Source of the DNA: Bacteroidota bacterium
Lineage (GTDB): Bacteria > Bacteroidota > Bacteroidia > Chitinophagales > Chitinophagaceae
Direction: 5' to 3'
DNA length: 64,000 bases
Assembly: GCA_018267875.1 (NCBI GenBank)
Contig: JAFDXP010000075.1
Coordinates: 16,566 to 80,565 of the forward strand
The notes under the pieces were generated by a model. The model was given only the letters and a program-made list of their open reading frames with translations. It was not told the DNA's origin and searched no databases. Positions 45,036 to 54,029 of this stretch are shown here, in pieces. The first letter of the stretch is position 1. Every line of letters starts with the position of its first letter. The position numbers were made by a program, and so were the translations under genes.

Positions 45036-46952
45036 ATGCGTCAATATGTTTTGATATTTTTTTGTTGCCTTTTAAATATTGCCTTAAAGGGGCAAACACC
45101 ACGGCTTGATCACTTACGAAATCAAATTCTGTTGACGCACGAGGTATCTAAAAAGGGTTTACTTATTGGTGATTTTTTGTCACACTTTCGCTCGTTAAGC
45201 AATGATACACTATTGCACTATTGCAACATGTTGCTAAAGCTTGATGATACAGATAATGAAAACAAATTAACCAGTGATGTGTATCGGGTTTACTATTTTT
45301 CTCGAGTAGAAAAACCAGACAGTGCTCAACAGTTAATTACAAAAAATCTACCCTTAGCTCTGTCTTTAAGGAACAAACGACTATATCTTCATTTGTCCTA
45401 TCTCGAGGGGTTTCTTCTAACGAAAAGTAGTGCTTATAAAGAAGCAATTAGAAAAAATTTGTTCACACTTCAGGCTGCTGAAACCTATAAAGACACCAAT
45501 ATACAAGTGCGTTGCCTTAATGGAGTTGGTTGGGCCTATCTTGATATGAACCAACCACAAGAATCGCTTATGTGGTTAGACAAGGCAGCACAATTAGCAG
45601 AGCGTGTTCATTTATTACAATTGCTACCGTTAACCTATCTAAACAAATCATCGTGCTGGGGAGCGTTAGGGCAAATGGATTCAGCGGAATACTACAATCA
45701 AAAAGCATTATACTTTGCAGAAGCTACCGATGATCTTCACACGATGGCAAATGCTTTGGCTATTCGGTCAAACATTCAATTAATGCACAACAATCGAATT
45801 GAAGCAATTAGGTCGATTGAACATGCAGTAGAAATTCGTAAGCACATTGGCGATCCATATTATATAGTTTCCGACCTAACCAATTTGGCTGACGCCTATT
45901 CCTATATTTCACCACAGAGAGCTATTGTTACGGCAACAGAGGCCGTGGATTTAGCAAGAAAGAGCAACCTTACAACAAAGCTGGCTGCTGCCAATATTAT
46001 GCTTGCCCAGGTCAACATGCTTGCAGGAAAGTATAAAGAAGCCTCTTCCATTCTGATGCAGACAGTGATGCTTAAAGACACTATTTATCAGCAAAACAAA
46101 GCGGAAGAACTGGCTGAAGTTGAAGCCAAATATAATTTAGAGAAAAAGGATGCAGCAATTCAACTTCTTCAAAAAGAGAATGAGCTACAAGACATCAACC
46201 ATAGAAATACCCTATTTCAAATTTTAGGAGCTTTGATAATCCTGATATTTGCCATTACGGGTTTTCTTTTCTTTACAACTTTACAACGTAAAAGGCGAAG
46301 GCTTGAAGAGAAAACTACACAGGAGAAGAGCCGCCTTCAAGAAATTATCAAAACACAAGAAAACGAAAGAAAACGAATATCGGCAGATCTTCATGATGGT
46401 GTTAGTCCTATATTGTCTGCCATCAAACTGAATCTTAGCCAAATAAAAACACCCATTCAAGAAAGTCCTTGTTTAAACAAAGCCTTAGAGCTTATAGATA
46501 TTTCCTATCAAGAGCTGCGGCAACTTTCGCACCAACTCATGCCTTCAATTCTAACTAAAAAAGGATTGACACATGCTTTGCAACAAATGGCAAACGATTT
46601 GGGTACTTCAAAGCGGTTATTTATTTGGGTATCAAGCGATCTGCCCGACCAGCGCTATTCTTCGGAGATTGAGGTAAACCTGTATCGAATAGTTCAGGAA
46701 TTGGTAAACAATATTGTTCGCTATGCTGGGGCTACGGAAGTACAAATACAAATCACACATGAAAACAAGCAACTACATCTTATGGTGGAAGACAACGGGA
46801 TGGGATTCGATGCAACTTCGCTTCAATCTGCAATTGGTAATGGATGGAGCAACATTATAACAAGGCTAACCATTGTTCATGGAAATATTGAAATTGATAC
46901 CCGACCCAATAAGCGTGGAACTGTGGTTTTTGTTGTGGTTCCATTACCGTAG
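45036..46952 (+). CDS. TPR-repeat sensor histidine kinase, HisKA_3 (NarX/DegS-like) type
   Basis: It has a signal-like N-terminus, a TPR-like extracytoplasmic region and a single TM helix (ILGALIILIFAITGFLFFTTL). The H-box is ISADLHDGVSPILSAIKL and the HATPase_c motifs are VNNIVRYAGA and VEDNGMGF. Confidence 0.85.
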   Translation: MRQYVLIFFCCLLNIALKGQTPRLDHLRNQILLTHEVSKKGLLIGDFLSHFRSLSNDTLLHYCNMLLKLDDTDNENKLTSDVYRVYYFSRVEKPDSAQQLITKNLPLALSLRNKRLYLHLSYLEGFLLTKSSAYKEAIRKNLFTLQAAETYKDTNIQVRCLNGVGWAYLDMNQPQESLMWLDKAAQLAERVHLLQLLPLTYLNKSSCWGALGQMDSAEYYNQKALYFAEATDDLHTMANALAIRSNIQLMHNNRIEAIRSIEHAVEIRKHIGDPYYIVSDLTNLADAYSYISPQRAIVTATEAVDLARKSNLTTKLAAANIMLAQVNMLAGKYKEASSILMQTVMLKDTIYQQNKAEELAEVEAKYNLEKKDAAIQLLQKENELQDINHRNTLFQILGALIILIFAITGFLFFTTLQRKRRRLEEKTTQEKSRLQEIIKTQENERKRISADLHDGVSPILSAIKLNLSQIKTPIQESPCLNKALELIDISYQELRQLSHQLMPSILTKKGLTHALQQMANDLGTSKRLFIWVSSDLPDQRYSSEIEVNLYRIVQELVNNIVRYAGATEVQIQITHENKQLHLMVEDNGMGFDATSLQSAIGNGWSNIITRLTIVHGNIEIDTRPNKRGTVVFVVVPLP

Positions 46953-46985
46953 TGCCTTGTGACAAATTTTGATACGACGAACGTC

Positions 46986-47618
46986 TTACAAATGCTCCAA
47001 ATAGCGCTTTTCATTTTTGGGGACTGACCCAAAAAGCAAATCCCATAAAACAGAACTTACTCCAAAACCTTTATCTTCTTCTTTATAATGATGCAAATAA
47101 TGGTTTCGCCATAAGGTCTTTAAAAAATGAGGTGGCGAAAAAGCATGTATAGCATAGTGCATAGACCCATATAGAATATAGCCAAAAACAAAACCTGGGA
47201 AGAAAGCCAGTGTAAACCAACCAATCAAAAAATAAAAACTTATAGAAAGCAAACAGGCTACCAATAAACTGGGTATGGGTGGCATAAGTAATCGCTCTTT
47301 ATCACGTGGAAATTCATGATGAACTCCATGCATCATATAGACAAATCGTTTGGCACGCGGGCTTTTGGCAACCCAATGAAAAACATATCGGTGCATCATG
47401 TATTCAAACAGTGACCACACCAATACACCCAAACAGAACAGCGTAAACTCTTTCCAAGGATGAATTTCCTTGTAACTGGCACCATAGTAAAGCATAAAGA
47501 CAATGATGGGAAAATAAATACTGTAAATGACCAGAGGATGGGTCTTGCTTAATGATTCCAGCAAATCATTTTCAAAAATTCTGGCTTGTCCTTTATTCTT
47601 TATTTTGTCGAAGTACAT
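46986..47618 (-). CDS. fatty acid hydroxylase superfamily protein, FA2H/Scs7-like (putative lipid 2-hydroxylase)
   Basis: Four His boxes: HRYVFH, HGVHHEFPRDKERLLMPP, HYAIH and HYLHHY. Four hydrophobic segments are present. The spacing and the HHxxPxDxxRLxxPP motif resemble fatty acid 2-hydroxylases. I use the ATG at 47618 because the track start is TTG. Confidence 0.7.
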   Translation of the reverse strand: MYFDKIKNKGQARIFENDLLESLSKTHPLVIYSIYFPIIVFMLYYGASYKEIHPWKEFTLFCLGVLVWSLFEYMMHRYVFHWVAKSPRAKRFVYMMHGVHHEFPRDKERLLMPPIPSLLVACLLSISFYFLIGWFTLAFFPGFVFGYILYGSMHYAIHAFSPPHFLKTLWRNHYLHHYKEEDKGFGVSSVLWDLLFGSVPKNEKRYLEHL

Positions 47619-47669
47619 TGTATTTGGCGAAGGGTGGTTAACCAAATTTAGCAACCGTTAAGAAAATAA

Positions 47670-50015
47670 TTATGCTGACTCTTCGTCTTCAAGCCACATC
47701 GTATTGATTTTCTTTTGCTTTGCTTTATCAATCCACAAAAGTAAAGCCGGTTGAAGGGTGAGATTGGTTATCATGGCTAATAACAGCGTCAACGAAGTTA
47801 GGTAACCTAAAGATTTAGTACCGTCAAACTCTGATAGTGCAAACACACCAAAACCTGCAATTAAGATGAGTGAAGTGTATATAATACTTAATCCAGTGTC
47901 ATGAATAGTACGTCGAACGGTTTCGGCAATATTATCATCATGTCGAGAAAGCTCTTGTTTGAAATTTACCAGAAAGCGTATGGTTACATCAATCGTAATA
48001 CCTAATGCAACGCTAAACACCAAAACGGTTGAAGGCTTTATTGGAATGTTTGCCCAGCCCATTACGCCGGCAGTTATCAATAAAGGAATAAGGTTTGTAA
48101 CAACGGATATAAGTAGAATTTTCCACGACCTAAACAAGAAAATCATACAACCAAATATCATGATAAAAGCAAGAATCAAACTATCGCGTAAGCTATTGAT
48201 GATAAATTTACTGCCTTCTAAAAACACGATACTGGTTCCTGTAAACGTTACTTGATAATGTGTAGAATCAAATAATTGGAGTGTTTTTGGGCGAATGCTA
48301 TCGAGTAAAATTGGTAGTCGGACACTGCCTATATCTGCCATTGAAACACTGATACGTGTTTTTTGTTTAGAGCTGTCCATAAAAGAAGCAACAAGCTTAT
48401 TAAACATGCTATTTTTGTCACCTTTAGACCTAAGATAGGGTTGAATAAAGGCTCCATCAAATACATTGGGAACGGCATAACTGCTACTGTCTCCATCATA
48501 ATATGCTTGCCGTGCAAACTTCACCCCCTCAACAATAGATAATGAATGTCCGATTTCAGGATATTGATTAAGTTCTGCAATCAGTTTATCCATTTTTTCC
48601 AAAACAGGAAGGGAAACAGCACCATTTTTTTTTCGTGTATCAATCACAATTTCCAATGGCATCACACCCCGAAAGTTCTTCTCAAAGAACTTTAAATCTT
48701 GATATACTACTTCGCCTTTGGGCAAATCATCAACGATATGACCCACACTATTAAGACGTAAAACACCAACTATGGATAGCCCACACAAAAGGATACTAAA
48801 AACATAAATCCAACGACGATGTTCAAACACCCAATTAGTCAAAACAGACAACAATTTATTCATCCACCTACTTTCAAGATAGCTTGTGTGACGACCTTTA
48901 GGTGTAGGCAAAAAGCTGAATAATGCTGGAATAAAAATGAGTGAAATGACAAAAATGGCCATGATATTAAGACCAGCGACCAAACCAAATTCTTTCAATA
49001 CCGCGCTCTTTGTAAAATAAAATACACCAAACCCTATAGCTGCCGTTAAATTGGTAAATAAAGTAACGATCCCCATGCGATCAACCGTGCGCATCAATGC
49101 CTTCATCTTATTTCCATGCAGGTTATATTCTGCATGATATTTATTAAGTAAATAGACGCAATTTGGAATACCAATTACTACGATCAGCGGAGGAATAAGA
49201 GCAGTAAGTAAGGTGATTTTATAGCCCAACAGCGTTATAGTACCTAACGACCATACCACTCCAACAGCAACCACCATCATAGAAGCCAAAACAGCCATAA
49301 ATGACCGAAAGAATAAAGCTAATATAACAGCTGTCAGCACAAAAGACATAAGTAAAAACAAGCGCATTTCGCGTTGTACTTGTGTTGCCATGATGGTGCG
49401 AATCAAGGGCAAACCGGAATAGTGAAGGGTGATGTTTTGTTCTTGAGCAAATGTTTCACTTGCATCTTGAATTGCTTTAACAACTTTCGTTCGATTCTTG
49501 GAATTGAGTGCTTTTTTATCAATTCGCACTGCCATAAGATAGGCATCTGTTGCGGGATTGTATAAGAAGTTCTTGTAAAAAGGCAAGTTCAAAAACACCT
49601 TTTTTACGCTATCTACATTCACATTATTGCCATCAGGTATCAGCTTCACAACACGTAGTTTACCACTTACGGTGTCTTTGATGAGGTTGATAGCTCCCGG
49701 AATGCTCAATACATTTTCAACCGATTTTACATTTTCAATTTTTTTAACCAGCTTACAATAGGACAGAAAGAAATCGGGTTTAAAAAAACGGTCAGTTTGC
49801 AATCCGATAACCATGAGGTTTCCATCTTCGCCAAATTGTTTTCGGAATTGTTGATAGGCAATATATTTAGGGTTGTCAGTTGGGATAGCACTAGTAAACT
49901 CATAACTCAGTTGCACTTGCGATGCGAAATATCCCATGATGCCGGTGGCAACCAAAAGCAGCACCAATAAGGCAATTCGAAATTTAATAATAATACCGGC
50001 TACACGATGCCACAT
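47670..50015 (-). CDS. MMPL / RND-superfamily transporter (HpnN-like putative lipid exporter)
   Basis: 781 aa with two blocks of about six TM helices, each preceded by a large extracytoplasmic loop. This 12-TM pseudo-symmetric layout is typical of MMPL/RND exporters. Confidence 0.75.
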   Translation of the reverse strand: MWHRVAGIIIKFRIALLVLLLVATGIMGYFASQVQLSYEFTSAIPTDNPKYIAYQQFRKQFGEDGNLMVIGLQTDRFFKPDFFLSYCKLVKKIENVKSVENVLSIPGAINLIKDTVSGKLRVVKLIPDGNNVNVDSVKKVFLNLPFYKNFLYNPATDAYLMAVRIDKKALNSKNRTKVVKAIQDASETFAQEQNITLHYSGLPLIRTIMATQVQREMRLFLLMSFVLTAVILALFFRSFMAVLASMMVVAVGVVWSLGTITLLGYKITLLTALIPPLIVVIGIPNCVYLLNKYHAEYNLHGNKMKALMRTVDRMGIVTLFTNLTAAIGFGVFYFTKSAVLKEFGLVAGLNIMAIFVISLIFIPALFSFLPTPKGRHTSYLESRWMNKLLSVLTNWVFEHRRWIYVFSILLCGLSIVGVLRLNSVGHIVDDLPKGEVVYQDLKFFEKNFRGVMPLEIVIDTRKKNGAVSLPVLEKMDKLIAELNQYPEIGHSLSIVEGVKFARQAYYDGDSSSYAVPNVFDGAFIQPYLRSKGDKNSMFNKLVASFMDSSKQKTRISVSMADIGSVRLPILLDSIRPKTLQLFDSTHYQVTFTGTSIVFLEGSKFIINSLRDSLILAFIMIFGCMIFLFRSWKILLISVVTNLIPLLITAGVMGWANIPIKPSTVLVFSVALGITIDVTIRFLVNFKQELSRHDDNIAETVRRTIHDTGLSIIYTSLILIAGFGVFALSEFDGTKSLGYLTSLTLLLAMITNLTLQPALLLWIDKAKQKKINTMWLEDEESA

Positions 50016-50121
50016 AAATTAAAGGAATTGGGCGACAAAAGTAGCAAAATTGAACTCAACAGAGGGGAATAGTAACCACCCCGAACGATTTCCACTTGAT
50101 TTTTTACAGCGGTTTATTCTC

Positions 50122-51303
50122 TTATTGTGCTAAGCTCATTAGTTGTTCTATAAACACTTCCCAACTATATTTTTTCTTTTCAAGAGCCATGTTTTCCTCT
50201 ATCTGTGGAATTGGGTTTTCGAAAAATTGGACAATCGCATCAGCAATGCTTGAGGCATTTGGTTCTGCAACAAAGCCTACTTTACCATCCGGAACCACTT
50301 CCTGTAATCCGCCAACACGGGTAACTATCATAGGTTTTTCAAAATGATAAGCTACTTGTGTAATACCGCTCTGGGTAGCCGTTCTATAAGGTTGCACGAC
50401 CAAATCAGCAGCTCCAAAATAATATCTTACTTCATCGTTCGGAATAAATTGGGTAAACATCTTAACTCGATTTGATATAGCTTGAAATTGTGCATCATAC
50501 TCATGAGGATTCTCATAAAATTCTCCGGCAATAATTAGCTCAATTCCTAATTGTTTTAACCTATCATCTTTTAATGCCTCGAGTAATAAATCAAGTCCTT
50601 TATATTTTCTGATAAAGCCAAAAAAAAGAAGATATTTTTTCTCTGCATCAAGTCTCAGTTTAGTGCAGGCTTCTTGCTTACTAACGGGTTCGCCATAATT
50701 GTCATATAGCGGGTGTGGTGTATAGGCAGATGGCTTATCTGTAAAGGTTTTTAGGTCTTTCAGTACATCTCTGCTCATACTTACAAAGGCATCTACGGGT
50801 TTGATAAAATATTGAGTAAACAGTTTGTCTCCCGGGCGGTGTTCATGCGGAATGATATTGTCGGCAATACAAATAATTTTTGTGTGCTTATTTTTTTTCA
50901 CACTTCTTAAAATAGTTCCCAAACAAGGTCCCATAAACGGAAGCCAATAGCGAACAATCACTACATCAGGCTTTAGTTTTTTCAACTCCTTACCAATCCA
51001 CAACCAATTGAATGGATTGATGGAATTAATAACAGAACGAATGTTTAGATTGGAGGGTGCAGGCTCATCGGTAAATTGTGATTTTCCCGGAAAGAGAAAA
51101 GAAGGATATTGTAATGAAAACGAGTAAATGATAACATCATATCCTTGTTGCTGAAGCACTTCCGCCATTCGTTCGTTGAAGGTTGCAATACCGCCTCCGC
51201 GCAATGGATGTGCCGATCCTATAATTATAATTTTTGAATGGTGTGTGTGTTGATTTTGACAATCGAATTCTGGATTCTTATTGGGGTTAGCCATTTCCAT
51301 CAT
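50122..51303 (-). CDS. family 4 glycosyltransferase (GT-B, glycosyl transferases group 1)
   Basis: 393 aa. N-terminal IIIIGSAHPLRGGGIATFNERMAEVL, then LLFFGFIRKYKGLDLLLEA and QPYRTATQSGITQVAYHFEKPMIVTRVGGLQEVV are GT4-type motifs. Confidence 0.8.
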   Translation of the reverse strand: MMEMANPNKNPEFDCQNQHTHHSKIIIIGSAHPLRGGGIATFNERMAEVLQQQGYDVIIYSFSLQYPSFLFPGKSQFTDEPAPSNLNIRSVINSINPFNWLWIGKELKKLKPDVVIVRYWLPFMGPCLGTILRSVKKNKHTKIICIADNIIPHEHRPGDKLFTQYFIKPVDAFVSMSRDVLKDLKTFTDKPSAYTPHPLYDNYGEPVSKQEACTKLRLDAEKKYLLFFGFIRKYKGLDLLLEALKDDRLKQLGIELIIAGEFYENPHEYDAQFQAISNRVKMFTQFIPNDEVRYYFGAADLVVQPYRTATQSGITQVAYHFEKPMIVTRVGGLQEVVPDGKVGFVAEPNASSIADAIVQFFENPIPQIEENMALEKKKYSWEVFIEQLMSLAQ

Positions 51304-51367
51304 TGTTTTTCATGCTTTGAATGTGGCAAAAATATTACTGCTTCTAATTGCTTTGCCCTTATTGCTT

Positions 51368-53008
51368 CTAATTCTTCCTCTTCTGATTTTTTTGAACTCG
51401 TTTTAAATCTATCAAGTTCATAGAATTGGCTGAAAATCCCTGCACATCGGGATGGGTGAAGTGCAGCATCTGATCATAAAACAAAGGGATTATTGGTGCT
51501 TCAGACATAGCCAAGCTATCCATCTTTTGATAAAGCAAAAAGCGAATACTGTCGGGTGTGTTCATGCTCTCATCATACATTTTATCAAATAGGGCATTGT
51601 AAAATCTTGTATAGTTGGGAGGAGCAGGCAGTTTGCCATAAAAAAAGGCAAGCATACTTTCGGCATCAGGATAATCGGCTATCCACTGCGCTCGGAAAGC
51701 AATGGCTTCTGATTTGCTCATTTGTTGCCTTAAAATATTCGCTTGAATAATTTCCACTTTAGCTTCAATGCCTATTTCTTGCAGTTGAACAGCAATGAAG
51801 TTAACAATATCAGCCCAATTGTCAGGTGCCAAAATAGTAAATGTTCCTAATCCTTGTCCATTTGGAAAACCAGCTTCTCTCAATAAACTTAATGCCTTTT
51901 TAGGATCATAACGAAAGCCGAAATGAGCATTACTGTCGTATCCCGGCATTCCTCGTGGAATGAAACCTTCAGTAGCGGGTCGAACCGTGCCGTTTTTAAA
52001 ATATCGCGCTATTCGTTCTCGGTCAATAGCAAAGTTGATAGCCTTTCTAACTGCCTGAAACCTTGTTGGGGAGTGGCGAACAAGCTTATTAGAAGTGTCC
52101 ACTAAAAAACCTATGTACTCTGTATTTAGATAGGTCTTTTTGGTCAGAACAATTTTATGTTGAAATGCTTTTTGCAGTTCTCCTCCTTTCGTTAATACCA
52201 AATCTTTGAAGGAGCCATCAATATTGTTGACGAAATCAATTTTTCTTTGAAGAAAAAGAAAAAACTCGGTTGCCTTGCTATCTACAAAGCTAATCTGAAC
52301 CGCATCCAGAAAAGGAAGTGTAACACCGGTTGAATCTCGCTCCCAATAATGCTCATTTCTTTTGAGGGCTAACACATTTCCTTCATCCCAATAATGAAAA
52401 ACAAAGGGACCTGTGCCTAAAGGGTGGCGACCAAAATCTTTTCCCCAATGCAAAACAGCTTCTTTAGGAACTATACTGCAATAGGGCATGGTAAAAATTT
52501 GTAACAGTGGGCGAAAGGGTTTTATTAGGTGAACAACAACCGTACTATCGTTAAGAGCAATGAATGGCTCCTTTGGGGCAATGCGATCATTAAAAATCCA
52601 TGCGCCGGTTGAAGCTACCGATGGGTCTATCAACCGGTTGAAGCTATATACTACATCTTGTGCTACCATTCTTCTGCCTTTTCCGTTTGGGAAAATGGTG
52701 TCATTTTGAAAAAAAACATTACTGTGTAATGAAAAAGTATAAGTCAGACCGTCGGATGAAACTTCCCATTTTTTTGCTAAGGAAGGAATGATGTTTAACT
52801 GTTCATCTGTTTCAACAAGGGTGTTATACAACATGTGATCTGTCCACATATTGTATAGATTTTTTGCAAAAGCTGGATCCAAGCTTTCAACGGTTCCTGC
52901 AGAATAATTGAGATAAAAAACGTTCTTTTTTTCATTCACTTTTTTGCCGCAGGAAATGGTCAAAATGAAAAATATAAAACATCCTAAAATCCTGTGGATA
53001 AAACGCAT
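51368..53008 (-). CDS. ABC-transporter family 5 (peptide/nickel-type) substrate-binding lipoprotein
   Basis: I start it at MRFIHRILGCFIFFILTISCGKK, which carries a lipobox Cys. LVETDEQLNIIPSLAKKWEVSSDGLTYTFSL is the usual SBP_bac_5 signature region. No permease or ATPase gene is adjacent. Confidence 0.75.
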   Translation of the reverse strand: MRFIHRILGCFIFFILTISCGKKVNEKKNVFYLNYSAGTVESLDPAFAKNLYNMWTDHMLYNTLVETDEQLNIIPSLAKKWEVSSDGLTYTFSLHSNVFFQNDTIFPNGKGRRMVAQDVVYSFNRLIDPSVASTGAWIFNDRIAPKEPFIALNDSTVVVHLIKPFRPLLQIFTMPYCSIVPKEAVLHWGKDFGRHPLGTGPFVFHYWDEGNVLALKRNEHYWERDSTGVTLPFLDAVQISFVDSKATEFFLFLQRKIDFVNNIDGSFKDLVLTKGGELQKAFQHKIVLTKKTYLNTEYIGFLVDTSNKLVRHSPTRFQAVRKAINFAIDRERIARYFKNGTVRPATEGFIPRGMPGYDSNAHFGFRYDPKKALSLLREAGFPNGQGLGTFTILAPDNWADIVNFIAVQLQEIGIEAKVEIIQANILRQQMSKSEAIAFRAQWIADYPDAESMLAFFYGKLPAPPNYTRFYNALFDKMYDESMNTPDSIRFLLYQKMDSLAMSEAPIIPLFYDQMLHFTHPDVQGFSANSMNLIDLKRVQKNQKRKN

Positions 53009-53055
53009 GGTGCAAATTAGCAGAATGCCATTAAATTTGGACGACTTTAAAAACA

Positions 53056-53778
53056 ATGCACACACGCCTTTCGGTAAACATCAACAAGATTGCCACCTTG
53101 CGAAACAGTCGTGGCGGCAATAATCCTGATGTAGTGCAAACAGCACTAAACTGTGAGTCATTTGGTGCAGAAGGCATTACGGTTCATCCTCGTCCCGATG
53201 AAAGACATATTCGCTATGAAGATGTTCGGGAATTAAAAAAAGTGCTTCGTACTGAATTTAATATAGAAGGTAATCCGAAGGAAGAGAAATTCGTTCAATT
53301 GGTGCTGGACACCTTGCCAACACAAGTAACATTAGTTCCAGATTCGCCTAATCAACTCACTTCTAATCATGGATGGGATACGATTAAAGAACAATCTTAT
53401 TTACAAGAAATCATTAGTGCATTTAAAAAAGCAGGCATTCGTGTATCTATATTTGTTGACCCTATTGAAAAAATGATAGAAGCCGCCGTAGAAACAGGAA
53501 CCGAGCGGGTTGAATTATATACGGAAGATTTTGCCAAACGCTTTCACCAAGACAAACAACAAGCTATAGCCCCTTATCAAGCCTCAGCTATTTTGGCGCA
53601 AAACCATCATCTTGGCGTAAATGCCGGACATGATTTGGATCTTCAGAATTTGCAGTTTTTTGCAAAGTCTATACCCAACCTTTTGGAAGTTTCCATCGGT
53701 CATGCACTAATTAGCGATGCACTTTATTATGGTCTTGAAAACACGATTCAGATGTACCGAAGAAAACTTTCATTTTGA
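53056..53778 (+). CDS. pdxJ: pyridoxine 5'-phosphate synthase
   Basis: LSVNINKIATLRNSRGG, ITVHPRPDERHI, VTLVPD, ELYT and NAGHDL...EVSIGHALI are canonical PdxJ motifs. Confidence 0.92.
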   Translation: MHTRLSVNINKIATLRNSRGGNNPDVVQTALNCESFGAEGITVHPRPDERHIRYEDVRELKKVLRTEFNIEGNPKEEKFVQLVLDTLPTQVTLVPDSPNQLTSNHGWDTIKEQSYLQEIISAFKKAGIRVSIFVDPIEKMIEAAVETGTERVELYTEDFAKRFHQDKQQAIAPYQASAILAQNHHLGVNAGHDLDLQNLQFFAKSIPNLLEVSIGHALISDALYYGLENTIQMYRRKLSF

Positions 53779-54029
53779 CTCATGAATGTAAAGCGGTTGT
53801 TAATGACTCTTTTGAATTACAAATGAATTGTTAATGCCAATACTTTTATTGACCCCTTCCTTACCTATTCTCCAAAAACAATAATGACCTGAAAGCAATT
53901 TGCTATTTGGCTCGCATAGTGTACTTAAACATTTCTAAAGTATAGAAATGCTTTGATGAAAAGAGAATAAAAGTGTAAGGTATATATATTTATTATTTAA
54001 AAAGAGGCTTTATTATTTAAAAGCAAAGC

